Source: Escherichia coli
Lineage (GTDB): Bacteria > Pseudomonadota > Gammaproteobacteria > Enterobacterales > Enterobacteriaceae
Reading direction: 5' to 3' (one strand)
NCBI RefSeq assembly: GCF_036884775.1
Contig: NZ_CP145703.1
DNA: 32,000 nt
Part shown: positions 22,385 through 30,693 of the stretch, one piece after another
Numbering within the stretch: position 1 is the stretch's first letter
Layout: the number at the start of each line of letters is the position of its first letter
Notes under the pieces: generated by a model
Seen by the model: only the letters and a program-made list of their open reading frames with translations
Told to the model about the DNA's origin: nothing
Database searches by the model: none
Program-made: the position numbers and the translations under genes

Positions 22385-23821
22385 ATGGCTACGTGGCAAC
22401 AGGGTATTAATTCTGGTGGTTTTCTGGCTGGCATCGGTACGCAAAATGAGAATGCGCCAAAGGCAAGCGACATTAACGCAACGCTTGGTCTGATCCGCGA
22501 AAACAATGAACTGGCTCGCTCAGGTGCAAATAACGTTGGTCTGACCGCGTTACGTGGTCTGGCTGGAGTTGCTGATATTTATAAGCAGCAGCAACAGCAG
22601 GAGCGTAAAGCGGCATTCCAGAAAGGTTATGCAGATGCTTATGCGTCCGGCGACAGGGAGCAGATGCGTAATCTTATTACAGCATTCCCAGAAGAGTTTG
22701 AGGAAGTCCGTAAAGGGATGAGTTATGTCGATGATGCTCAAAGGGATGATTATGGCAATCTGGCGCTCAAAGCACAGGTAGCCTCATCGCTTGGTCCGGG
22801 CGCATTTGGCAGGTTCATGATGGATAATGAGCAGGAGATGCGTCGTTTAGGTATCCCTCCAGAAACTATTGCTGAAATGCAGGTTAATGACCCGCAGGGC
22901 TTCCAGCATTTCGCAGGTAATCTGGCGCTGTTTTCTCTCGGTCATGAGAAGTACTTCGATATCAAAGATCGAATGGAGGGTCGGGATATTGAGCGTGGCG
23001 AGTTGGCAGAGACGATTCGCAGCAATAAAGCTGGGGAAGGTTTACAGGCGCAAAGCATTGCTGTTAGCCGTGAAAACTCTCTGCGCACTGCTGGAGGTGC
23101 TGTTCCTGCATCTGTTAAAGAATATCAATATTTCAACAGCCTGTCTCCAGAGCAACAAAAGACATATCTTCGTGTTCGAGGCCGTCCTGCTGCTGGCGGG
23201 GAGAATGTTGTGCAACTGGCAGATGGTAGAACGGTAACGGTTGGTAGGAAGCTTCACGGCGCTGGTGCTAATGCGTTCTACGAAGGAATAGACAACGAGG
23301 GCAATATGATTCGCGTCCCCGCAAGTTCTATTGCTGCTCCGGCTACATCGGCAGCTAATGCGCAGAATTACGAAATGAAGAAAGATCTTGATGCAATTTC
23401 TGGCGCATCAATTGACGATCTTGGCTTCATGACAGGTATTACAGGTTCTTCAGGTTCTTTTGCTCTTGGTGCAGATATTCGTAGCCGGGCATCTGGTGTT
23501 GAGGAGAGGAAACTATACAACGCTGCACAGCGAATCATGGGCAAAATGCAAAATCAGGGGATTGCGGCAGCCCGAGATATGGGGGCATCTGGCATCAACA
23601 CCGAAGCAGAGGCCAATAGGTATTTTCAGGGTATGCCAAAGCCTGATTTCTCAAGCCCTGAAGCACTACAACAATCAATGCGCGACATTCAGCAATATAC
23701 CGACAATTACAACCAGCAATATAACGTTAATGTTGGTAAATCTCAGCGGCAGCAATCTCAACCTGCACAGGTATCACAGCCAGCAGCCAGCAGTAACTTT
23801 TCTTCACTATGGGGTGATTAA
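22385..23821 (+). CDS. P22/HK620-type DNA ejection (transfer) protein, gp20-like
   Basis: 478 aa from ATG 22385: [82 protein letters not shown]... Confidence 0.85.
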   Translation: MATWQQGINSGGFLAGIGTQNENAPKASDINATLGLIRENNELARSGANNVGLTALRGLAGVADIYKQQQQQERKAAFQKGYADAYASGDREQMRNLITAFPEEFEEVRKGMSYVDDAQRDDYGNLALKAQVASSLGPGAFGRFMMDNEQEMRRLGIPPETIAEMQVNDPQGFQHFAGNLALFSLGHEKYFDIKDRMEGRDIERGELAETIRSNKAGEGLQAQSIAVSRENSLRTAGGAVPASVKEYQYFNSLSPEQQKTYLRVRGRPAAGGENVVQLADGRTVTVGRKLHGAGANAFYEGIDNEGNMIRVPASSIAAPATSAANAQNYEMKKDLDAISGASIDDLGFMTGITGSSGSFALGADIRSRASGVEERKLYNAAQRIMGKMQNQGIAAARDMGASGINTEAEANRYFQGMPKPDFSSPEALQQSMRDIQQYTDNYNQQYNVNVGKSQRQQSQPAQVSQPAASSNFSSLWGD

Positions 23822-25926
23822 TGGCTAAAGCATGGAAAGATGTTATCGCTTCTCCACAGTATCAGGCGTTAGCACCAGAACAAAAAGCGCAGGCTCAGGA
23901 GCAATACTTCAATGAAGTCGTGGCCCCGCAAGCCGGAGAAAGTGTAGAGCAGGCTAAGCAGGCTTTTTATGCTGCCTATCCACTGCCATCAACGAATGAA
24001 ATAGACCGATCCCAATCAGCAACTCAAAATATTCAACATACATCATCTGATAATTCTCTTGCGTCAGGGTATGCAAAGTTAGCTACTCAGCAAAGAGAGG
24101 GGCTTGAGCGTTCAGCAGAACAGGGAGCCAGTCTTGGGGCTGCGATGCGCGATGCTATAACAGGCGAAAGCCGAATGACTCCAGAGATGGAGAGACTGCA
24201 AAATGTCGCCTCTGCCCCAGAATTGAACTCACTAAGCATGGATGCCTTAAAGGCTGGATGGTCTCAACTTTTCGGCTCTGACGCGTCTCAGGAAAAGATT
24301 CTTCAGGGAATGGGGGCGACATTAAGGCAGGATGAGAAGGGGAATACTATCGTTTCTCTGCCATCAGGTGATTATGCCCTAAACAAGCCGGGTTTATCAC
24401 CGCAAGACCTGACTTCGTTTCTTGCTAATGCGTTGGCGTTTACACCAGCGGGCAGGGCTGGAACGGTGCTTGGTGCCATAGGAAAATCAGCAGCTACAGA
24501 TTTAGCACTACAGGGAGCCACCAGCCTTGCTGGTGGAGAAGATATTGATCCGTTACAAACGGTAATTTCTGCTGGCATTGGTGGTATTGGTAAGGGGCTG
24601 GAAAATACAGCGAGTGCGGTTTCGAGGGCTGTTCGTGGTGATATGTCGCCTGAAGCAAAGGCTGCTGTCGACTTTGCATCGGAAAGAAATCTGCCGTTAA
24701 TGACCAGTGACATGCTGAAAGATAAAACCTTTATGCAGAGTCAGGCTCAGACATTAGGCGAAAGACTTCCTTTTTTTGGAACCGGTAAGAACCGACTGAA
24801 TCAACAACAAGCACGAGAAAATTTAGTCAGAACATTTAGCGATGGTCTGGGGGGAATTTCAGATAAACAGCTTTATGAGTCTGCGACTAAAGGGCAGCAA
24901 AAATTCATTGAGGCAGCAGGAAAGCGATATAACCGCATAATTGACGCTATGGGGGATACCCCTGTCGATCTCTCAAACACGGTAAAAGCTATCGACAATC
25001 AGATTGCCGTGTTAAGCCGACCGGGCAAATCTCAGGATAGAGCCGCGGTAAAAGTCTTGCAGCAATTTAAAGACGATATCACCAGCGGACCCAATGACCT
25101 GCGTCTGGCGAGAGAAAACAGAACTGACCTTCGAAAGCGGTTCATGAATTCAAACGAGACTGTTGATAAAGACACGCTCCAGAAAGCCAGCGATATTGTC
25201 TACAAGGCATATACAGCGGATATGAAAAAAGCAGTATCCCAAAAACTAGGCTCAGAAGAAGCTACCAATATGTCTAGGGTTGATCGCTCATGGGCTAGAT
25301 TCAATGACATGATGGGAAGAACGCGCGTTCAAAAGGCAATAGCCAGCGGCAAGGCCACGCCTGAGGATGTAACAAAACTCGTTTTTAGCCAAAACCCATC
25401 AGAACGTTCTCAGCTTTACAGGCTTCTGGATGACAATGGTAGGCAAAACGCACGAGCCGCCATAGTTCAGAATGCTGTAGATAAGGCGACTGATCCGTCT
25501 GGAAATATCAGTGTTGAGAAGTTTATTAATGCGTTACACCGGAACAGGAAGCAATCAGCAACTTTCTTTAAAGGCGTATATGGAAAGGAACTGGACGGCA
25601 TTATTAAATACCTCAATGATACAAGACACGCGGCAAAAGCGAACGTTCAAAACTTAAATGGTCAGCAGCTTTATGGATTGTTAGTTGGTGGTGGCATCAT
25701 AAACGCAGCAGTATTAGCGGGGATGCTAAAAACGGCTGCGTTTGTTGTTCCTGCTGCTGGTGTCGTAGGCGGAGCAGCGAAGGCATACGAAAGCCCTGTT
25801 ATACGAAATGCCTTGTTACGTCTGGCAAATACGCCAAAAGGTAGCACAGCATATGACAGAGCGATCAGTACGGTCACACAATCGCTCACCAGAGTCGCAC
25901 AGGCATCACAAAAAGAATCTCAATAA
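23821..25926 (+). CDS. P22/HK620/Sf6-type DNA ejection protein, gp16-like
   Basis: 701 aa [56 protein letters not shown]...; start overlaps the gp20-like stop, Ala/Gly-rich hydrophobic C-terminal segment. Confidence 0.85.
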   Translation: MAKAWKDVIASPQYQALAPEQKAQAQEQYFNEVVAPQAGESVEQAKQAFYAAYPLPSTNEIDRSQSATQNIQHTSSDNSLASGYAKLATQQREGLERSAEQGASLGAAMRDAITGESRMTPEMERLQNVASAPELNSLSMDALKAGWSQLFGSDASQEKILQGMGATLRQDEKGNTIVSLPSGDYALNKPGLSPQDLTSFLANALAFTPAGRAGTVLGAIGKSAATDLALQGATSLAGGEDIDPLQTVISAGIGGIGKGLENTASAVSRAVRGDMSPEAKAAVDFASERNLPLMTSDMLKDKTFMQSQAQTLGERLPFFGTGKNRLNQQQARENLVRTFSDGLGGISDKQLYESATKGQQKFIEAAGKRYNRIIDAMGDTPVDLSNTVKAIDNQIAVLSRPGKSQDRAAVKVLQQFKDDITSGPNDLRLARENRTDLRKRFMNSNETVDKDTLQKASDIVYKAYTADMKKAVSQKLGSEEATNMSRVDRSWARFNDMMGRTRVQKAIASGKATPEDVTKLVFSQNPSERSQLYRLLDDNGRQNARAAIVQNAVDKATDPSGNISVEKFINALHRNRKQSATFFKGVYGKELDGIIKYLNDTRHAAKANVQNLNGQQLYGLLVGGGIINAAVLAGMLKTAAFVVPAAGVVGGAAKAYESPVIRNALLRLANTPKGSTAYDRAISTVTQSLTRVAQASQKESQ

Positions 25927-25944
25927 CTGGTTAGCCATGGATGG

Positions 25945-26334
25945 CTAATTTTTGTTCTTTGCTCTCATCCATAGGTAAAGAAGGGAAAGAACAAGACAAA
26001 AAACAGAGAATAGATAACCTACCTCATATGGTGCGCCAAAAAAATTAGCTATTGATACGGGCAAAAAAGCTGAAGCGATCAAAATTGAAAGGCAAAAAAT
26101 AAGCCCAGTAATATAGTTTATTAAATTCTTAAATGAGAAACGTTTTGCTTGATTTACGGTCTTAACGAACGATCGCCTAACGACGGATAAAAGCAAATAG
26201 ATGGCGACAGTTGCTAATACCCCTTTCCACCAGTCTGGATATAGTTTTGCGACAATCAGACCAAGTAAAACCATGATGACAGCCTGAGCATTCACACCAA
26301 CCCTCCCTTTAGCTTTGTTTAGAATGGCAATCAT
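25945..26334 (-). CDS. Small polytopic membrane protein in the P22 sieA position (putative superinfection exclusion)
   Basis: ~129 aa if starting at MMIAILNKAKGRVG...; about four hydrophobic segments; opposite orientation and immediately downstream of the gp16-like gene, as sieA is in P22-like phages. Confidence 0.5.
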   Translation of the reverse strand: MIAILNKAKGRVGVNAQAVIMVLLGLIVAKLYPDWWKGVLATVAIYLLLSVVRRSFVKTVNQAKRFSFKNLINYITGLIFCLSILIASAFLPVSIANFFGAPYEVGYLFSVFCLVLSLLYLWMRAKNKN

Positions 26335-26975
26335 CATATATCCAAGACATGGCATTTGGTACATAGCTTGGGTCGGGATTTCAAATCCGCTCCCAGTTGA
26401 TGGGGTCGTTACAGTACGCGCATATCCGCTTTATGTGAAACAGGAAGATTTTTTTGATATCACTGCCACAGCAAAACACCAATTTCGAGACAAGTACGCG
26501 CGCGAGGGGTATCAGTTGCAAAATTTTTTGCAACTGCGTCCGACCAGTACGCACACGATGGCGGGGGATACCATGAAACTGTTCTCTACATAAGTCAGAG
26601 TGGTGGTGATGTGTTGATTATCGGCGTATATGCGCACAGGACGCGCTATGACAATGTTTTATGCGGGTACACCAATCACATGTATCTGGTGTGATAAATC
26701 GCGTTACATGACATCTCATGTTGTGCTGGTGGTTATCACGACGTTCTGAATCTGGCCTTTGCCTGATATTTTGCGACAAGTACGCGCGCGTAGCATCGAA
26801 ATTATCGGATGGCGTATGCTGCTGGCAATATGAAGACCGATAGTATTAACCGAAAAGCGATTAAGGAGTGCCAACTTTTCAGTAGAGAAACTAGCCAGCA
26901 TAGGAAAATGTAGAAATTACCCAATTAATAGGTAAAAATTATTGACACAGCCTGTAGTGGATAACGATATGAATA

Positions 26976-26997
26976 AAAACCACATATAGTGGTTTTT
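26976..26997 (+). terminator. Hairpin AAAACCAC-ATATA-GTGGTTTTT
   Basis: Perfect 8-bp stem with a short U-tract; separates the upstream degenerate region from the ncRNA/abiF unit. Confidence 0.5.
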
Positions 26998-27043
26998 CGT
27001 GAGTGATGATAGTATCTATGTTAGTTTCCTAAGTAACTGTGCA

Positions 27044-27071
27044 TTGACATGTGGATAACTTCGGATAGAGT
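27044..27071 (+). promoter_or_regulatory. Candidate sigma70 promoter for the abiF-associated ncRNA
   Basis: TTGACA (27044-27049), 16-bp spacer, TAGAGT (27066-27071); a consensus DnaA box (TGTGGATAA, 27050-27058) lies in the spacer. Confidence 0.45.
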
Positions 27072-27077
27072 TACAGG

Positions 27078-27147
27078 CAACCGAGCCCGATCCTCTGTTT
27101 CTCCGCCGCCGATTTCAGGCATGTGAGTTTCACGGTCGGGCCTTTTA
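27078..27147 (+). ncRNA. Candidate abiF-associated structured ncRNA
   Basis: Long-range stem GCCCGATC (27085-27092) / GGTCGGGC (27134-27141, one G-U) closing a ~40-nt interior that includes hairpin GTGA-GTT-TCAC, followed by CCTTTTATTAT; ends ~20 nt before the likely abiF ATG. Confidence 0.55.
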
Positions 27148-27167
27148 TTATCTTTTGTTTCGCCACT

Positions 27168-28145
27168 ATGATTGCCGCAAAGCCTCATAAGGACTATCAC
27201 GAATTGCTAGGATTGCTACTTGAACGTGGCATGATTATCAATGATCGAAATCGTGCGATACGTAAGCTGTCGCAGGTTGGATATTATCGATTGTCAGGTT
27301 TTTGGTACCCATCAAGAATTATTGCGACAACAGATAAAGGTCTTTCGTACAGAACAGACCGATTTCTTGCTGGTACCAGTTTCGAGAAGACGTACGATCT
27401 ATATCTTTTTGACAAAAAACTGCGTCTTTTGATGATTGATGCTATCGAAAGAATAGAGATTCATGTTCGTTCAGTCATCGCGCATGAGGTTGGTCGCAAT
27501 GATCCACTTGCCTACATGTCATCAAAATACATTAATCCAAAATTCTCATCTGCCTTCGAGCATTGGGTGTATAAGCAAAAAGTAAAATTAGACGAAAGCA
27601 GAGATGACTGTATTGAATGGCATCGAAGCCAAGGCAAGGAGATTCCATTTTGGGTGGCGGTGGAGACCTGGGATTTTGGTCAGATGTCTAAATATTATGC
27701 GATGCTTAATGGTCATATGCAGGGGAAAATTATACGTCGTTTTGGCATTGATAATAAGCAGACATTTGCAAAATGGTTGAAGTGCCTTAATCTCATAAGG
27801 AATCGTTGCGCTCACCATTCCAGAATATGGAATAGAAAGCATCCCCGAGTTCCAGTACCGGATAATGAATACTTTGACGGACTTAATCTCCATCCAGAGA
27901 GTTGCGAGAGGATTTTTAGCGCGATCTGTATTATCTGGTACTTAGTTAAACAACTTGGTCCGGGATCAACATGGCTTCGGCAAATTGCAGACCTTATTGA
28001 CTCTAAACCAAATGTTCCCGGATGTGGATATGATTCAATGGGTTTACCTGCTAAAGGATTCCCACGAGAGAGATTCTCTCAGGACTTAGGTTTTGTTATC
28101 GCCGACAACGACCCTGTAGCTGAAGGGCGGAAAGGGAGCGATTGA
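27168..28145 (+). CDS. abiF: Abi_2/AbiD/AbiF-family HEPN abortive-infection protein
   Basis: 325 aa from ATG 27168, MIAAKPHKDYHELLGLLLERGMIINDRNRAIRKLSQVGYYRLSGFWYPSR...; two RX4H HEPN motifs, RSVIAH (27468-27485) and RNRCAH (27798-27815). Confidence 0.88.
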   Translation: MIAAKPHKDYHELLGLLLERGMIINDRNRAIRKLSQVGYYRLSGFWYPSRIIATTDKGLSYRTDRFLAGTSFEKTYDLYLFDKKLRLLMIDAIERIEIHVRSVIAHEVGRNDPLAYMSSKYINPKFSSAFEHWVYKQKVKLDESRDDCIEWHRSQGKEIPFWVAVETWDFGQMSKYYAMLNGHMQGKIIRRFGIDNKQTFAKWLKCLNLIRNRCAHHSRIWNRKHPRVPVPDNEYFDGLNLHPESCERIFSAICIIWYLVKQLGPGSTWLRQIADLIDSKPNVPGCGYDSMGLPAKGFPRERFSQDLGFVIADNDPVAEGRKGSD

Positions 28146-28174
28146 GCGATAAATATCATTTATACACTGATCAA

Positions 28175-28603
28175 TTACTGAAGCAGCGTATTGATTCTTT
28201 TAATATTGTTACCCTGACGCTTCCACGCGCTGTAAATGTCTTTATCCCACGCTTTACCAGCTTTTGTTTGGTAGCCTGCTTCATTGAGCCGTTCAGCTAT
28301 CACACGCCCATTATCAAATCCCTGTCGGATGGTATCGGCAATGATCTTTATAACTGCCGTTTCGTTATATGGCTTTGGTGGGATGTTCGGCTTTCCGGCA
28401 ATAAGCGATGCTGCGGCTTTTTCCATGCGCTCCACCAGCCCAAGCATTCGTGAATCAATAGACTTTTCCGTCTGTCCCAGCTTCATGCGAATCGCATCAA
28501 CAAGCCAGGAGGTTTTATCCCCTCCAGAAGCGAGAACAGACCGATTAAACTCATCCTGCAATTCAGATGGGATGCGGAACGCGATCAGATTAGATTTGCT
28601 CAT
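28175..28603 (-). CDS. CopG/ribbon-helix-helix-like putative regulator
   Basis: MSKSNLIAFRIPSELQDEFNRSVLASGGDKTSWLVDAIRMKLGQ... resembles an RHH DNA-binding N-terminus; C-terminal NGRVIAERLNEAGYQTKAGKAWDKDIYSAWKRQG is helical; convergent with abiF. Confidence 0.65.
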   Translation of the reverse strand: MSKSNLIAFRIPSELQDEFNRSVLASGGDKTSWLVDAIRMKLGQTEKSIDSRMLGLVERMEKAAASLIAGKPNIPPKPYNETAVIKIIADTIRQGFDNGRVIAERLNEAGYQTKAGKAWDKDIYSAWKRQGNNIKRINTLLQ

Positions 28604-28718
28604 TGCAAAGACCATATCAGTGAGTAATATCCATACAGTATACCACTGTATAACACTGTTATACGCTCAAATATCAGCCAGAAAATAACGGACCAATCAC
28701 AAATCTATCGCTGTGTTG

Positions 28719-28845
28719 TTGGTTCAGAGCTGGGCTGTGTTGGTTCAAAATGAGTTGATGTTGGTTCAATATTTTAGAAAAAACACAATAAAAACAATAC
28801 TCTTTACAAATTGAACCAACTGAACCAACTGAACCAACACCTTTT
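28719..28845. repeat. Second iteron array (crr-like), mirror image of the 21.6-kb array
   Basis: Forward TTGGTTCAR at 28719, 28740, 28761; inverted TTGAACCAA/CTGAACCAA at 28811, 28820, 28829; 28791-28845 is the exact reverse complement of 21641-21695. Confidence 0.85.
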
Positions 28846-28874
28846 TGCTTATCTATATAATCTGAGAGGCAGAA

Positions 28875-29156
28875 ATGATAAGGGACAGGAAAGCTGAAGA
28901 GCTGGAGTCAAAAGGGCTATACCGGAGAGCTGCCGCACGATGGGCAGAAGTCATGCTGTTATGCACCGAGGACGATGATCGGGAATGGATAAAGCGCCGC
29001 CGTGAAACGTGTCTGGAGAACGTGAAGCGCCCGCCCGTGAAGGTTGAGGACTTTGGCGACATGCATAAAGCTGTTACCGAAACGCAACACCGCATGGGGA
29101 TAGCGCAACCGAACGGTAACGCCTTCCGGTTAAATGGCGGCAAGAGGCAAAGGTAG
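28875..29156 (+). CDS. PerC-family-like transcriptional regulator
   Basis: 93 aa MIRDRKAEELESKGLYRRAAARWAEVMLLCTEDDDREWIKRRRETCLENVKRPP... Confidence 0.65.
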   Translation: MIRDRKAEELESKGLYRRAAARWAEVMLLCTEDDDREWIKRRRETCLENVKRPPVKVEDFGDMHKAVTETQHRMGIAQPNGNAFRLNGGKRQR

Positions 29157-29290
29157 ACCACCAGCGGGGAGGGGGTAGTCAAATCTCTACAGCCCTGACT
29201 GTCCGGGACTGCCCGCCCCATCGTTTTTTTATACCCGCGAAAAATGAAATTTAATCCGGGCGTGTTTCATCCTTCCAGAGGGTATGACGT

Positions 29291-29452
29291 ATGACACCAC
29301 GCGAAATAGCCTTATTGACCATCGCCAAACTTGAGCACGGAGGCCACCAGCTTACACAGGTAGATCAACGGGAGATAGAACGCTCAGTTAATGCCGATAT
29401 AGCCCGTCGCGACAGGTTCCGCGAAATGATGCGAGCACCTGCCTACCAGTGA
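29291..29452 (+). CDS. Small hypothetical protein
   Basis: 53 aa MTPREIALLTIAKLEHGGHQLTQVDQREIERSVNADIARRDRFREMMRAPAYQ; below the ORF-track length cutoff. Confidence 0.5.
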   Translation: MTPREIALLTIAKLEHGGHQLTQVDQREIERSVNADIARRDRFREMMRAPAYQ

Positions 29453-29596
29453 AAGAAGCCAGCGCCGCGCAGGTAGATATGGGATTATTCCACATGTAAC
29501 TTATGCGTATTAAGCAAATTTCCTTTATTCACCTTTACAGAATTGTGAGTACGTCAGTATCGTTATCCTTCCGATTCGCATTTATTCAGGATTTGC

Positions 29597-30139
29597 ATGT
29601 ACCAGCTAAAGATAACCATCCGAGACAGCAAACCGCCTATATGGCGGCGTGTGCTGGTTCCAGAGCAAATCCCCTTTAGTAAACTTCATGCCGTGATCCA
29701 GTTAGCTTTTGGCTGGAATGACGAACACCTGTATATGTTCGAGAAAGGGCGTAAAGGTGATCCAGGTAGCGAGTATCGCGTATGGGGTGAGGATGAAAGC
29801 ATGGGTAACGCGGCAATCACGCCACTATGGGCGGCGCTCCAGAATGAGGGTGACAAGCTGGTTTACACGTATGACTTTGGCGACTGGTGGGATTGCGTCA
29901 TTGTGCTGGAGAAGCAAACACACGATACGAGTAATCAGCCCATTAGCTGCCTGCGTGGGAAAGGCACCACCCCGGCGGAAAACTCAGGCGGCTTGCATGG
30001 TTACAATGAATTGCTATTACAGGCCAGAGAGTCTGATAATCCTGAGCAGGCCGAGATCCACAATTTCCTGATGCTGGATATTGAACGCCGGGTTTACGAC
30101 CTGAGCCGCATCAACGACAGATTGCAGGCTATTAACTGA
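29597..30139 (+). CDS. Plasmid pRiA4b ORF-3-like family protein
   Basis: 180 aa MYQLKITIRDSKPPIWRRVLVPEQIPFSKLHAVIQLAFGWNDEHLYMFEKGRKG...YTYDFGDWWDCVIVLEK... Confidence 0.85.
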   Translation: MYQLKITIRDSKPPIWRRVLVPEQIPFSKLHAVIQLAFGWNDEHLYMFEKGRKGDPGSEYRVWGEDESMGNAAITPLWAALQNEGDKLVYTYDFGDWWDCVIVLEKQTHDTSNQPISCLRGKGTTPAENSGGLHGYNELLLQARESDNPEQAEIHNFLMLDIERRVYDLSRINDRLQAIN

Positions 30140-30491
30140 CCCGCATGTATTCACCTGATATTGCGTTGTCAGCGCCGCCAGTATCGCGCATAACAGCGCA
30201 CTGACCGGGTAAACCGTAGCGCACGACCGTTGCGTTAGTATCACCGCCGCGCCGTATCTGGCGCGATTCATACACTGTCACCCGCTCAAGCAGTCCACCA
30301 GCAACCATGCTTTCCAGTGTGCGCCGGGTTGATTCGAGCTGGTGACGCTTATCGAACGACACCATGCCATGAAGCAGGTAGGCCACACCCGACACATCGA
30401 ACGGCGGCGCACCAATCTCACCAGTCACCCATTCGAGGTTATCCGGTTCAAAGTAGCTAAGTATCTCTTTTTTGCGACTGGTCATTCTCAT
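30132..30491 (-). CDS. Hypothetical, winged-helix-like protein convergent with the pRiA4b ORF-3-like gene
   Basis: 119 aa; MTSRKKEILSYFEPDNLEWVTGEIGAPPFDVSGVAYLLHGMVSFDKRHQLESTRRTLESMVAGGLLERVTVYESRQ... Confidence 0.6.
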   Translation of the reverse strand: MRMTSRKKEILSYFEPDNLEWVTGEIGAPPFDVSGVAYLLHGMVSFDKRHQLESTRRTLESMVAGGLLERVTVYESRQIRRGGDTNATVVRYGLPGQCAVMRDTGGADNAISGEYMRVS

Positions 30492-30609
30492 GGCTGGCTG
30501 ATTCCTTATTGTGGGATAGCACTATCATACAATAAGTGGGTTAAAGGGAGAGCGTTACCGCCTGATATGCTGTATGAATAACAACCAAATTTCAGGGGCG
30601 GAAAAAGAT

Positions 30610-30631
30610 ATGGGGGTACTTTTGGGGGTAT
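30610..30631 (+). repeat. 22-bp near-identical copy of a sequence next to int (ATGGGGGTACTTTTGGGGGTAT)
   Basis: 21/22 match to 13218-13239 (ATGGGGGTACTTATGGGGGTAT); one copy near each end of the element. Confidence 0.8.
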
Positions 30632-30693
30632 CTATAAAAAATGAACAATAAAAAAGTCAACAAAAACAAAGCTTATCGCCTATGTGTATTGTT

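Noticed and set aside
26315-26593. 92-aa ORF MFRMAIIIYPRHGIWYIAWVG...
   Set aside because: N-terminal part overlaps the antisense start of the membrane protein gene and the rest looks like a gene fragment; not enough support for a CDS call.
27123-27167. GTG start at 27123 for the Abi protein
   Set aside because: The extension MSFTVGPFIIFCFAT is translation of the predicted ncRNA stem and U-tract; family N-termini fit the ATG at 27168.
27588-28453. Antisense ORFs over abiF and shadow ORF over the RHH-like gene
   Set aside because: Overlap better-supported genes and have no recognisable motifs.
28719-28845. CRISPR-like array
   Set aside because: Units are 9 bp, in mixed orientation and with 0-12 bp spacers, plus a mirror copy elsewhere; these are iterons, and no cas genes are present.
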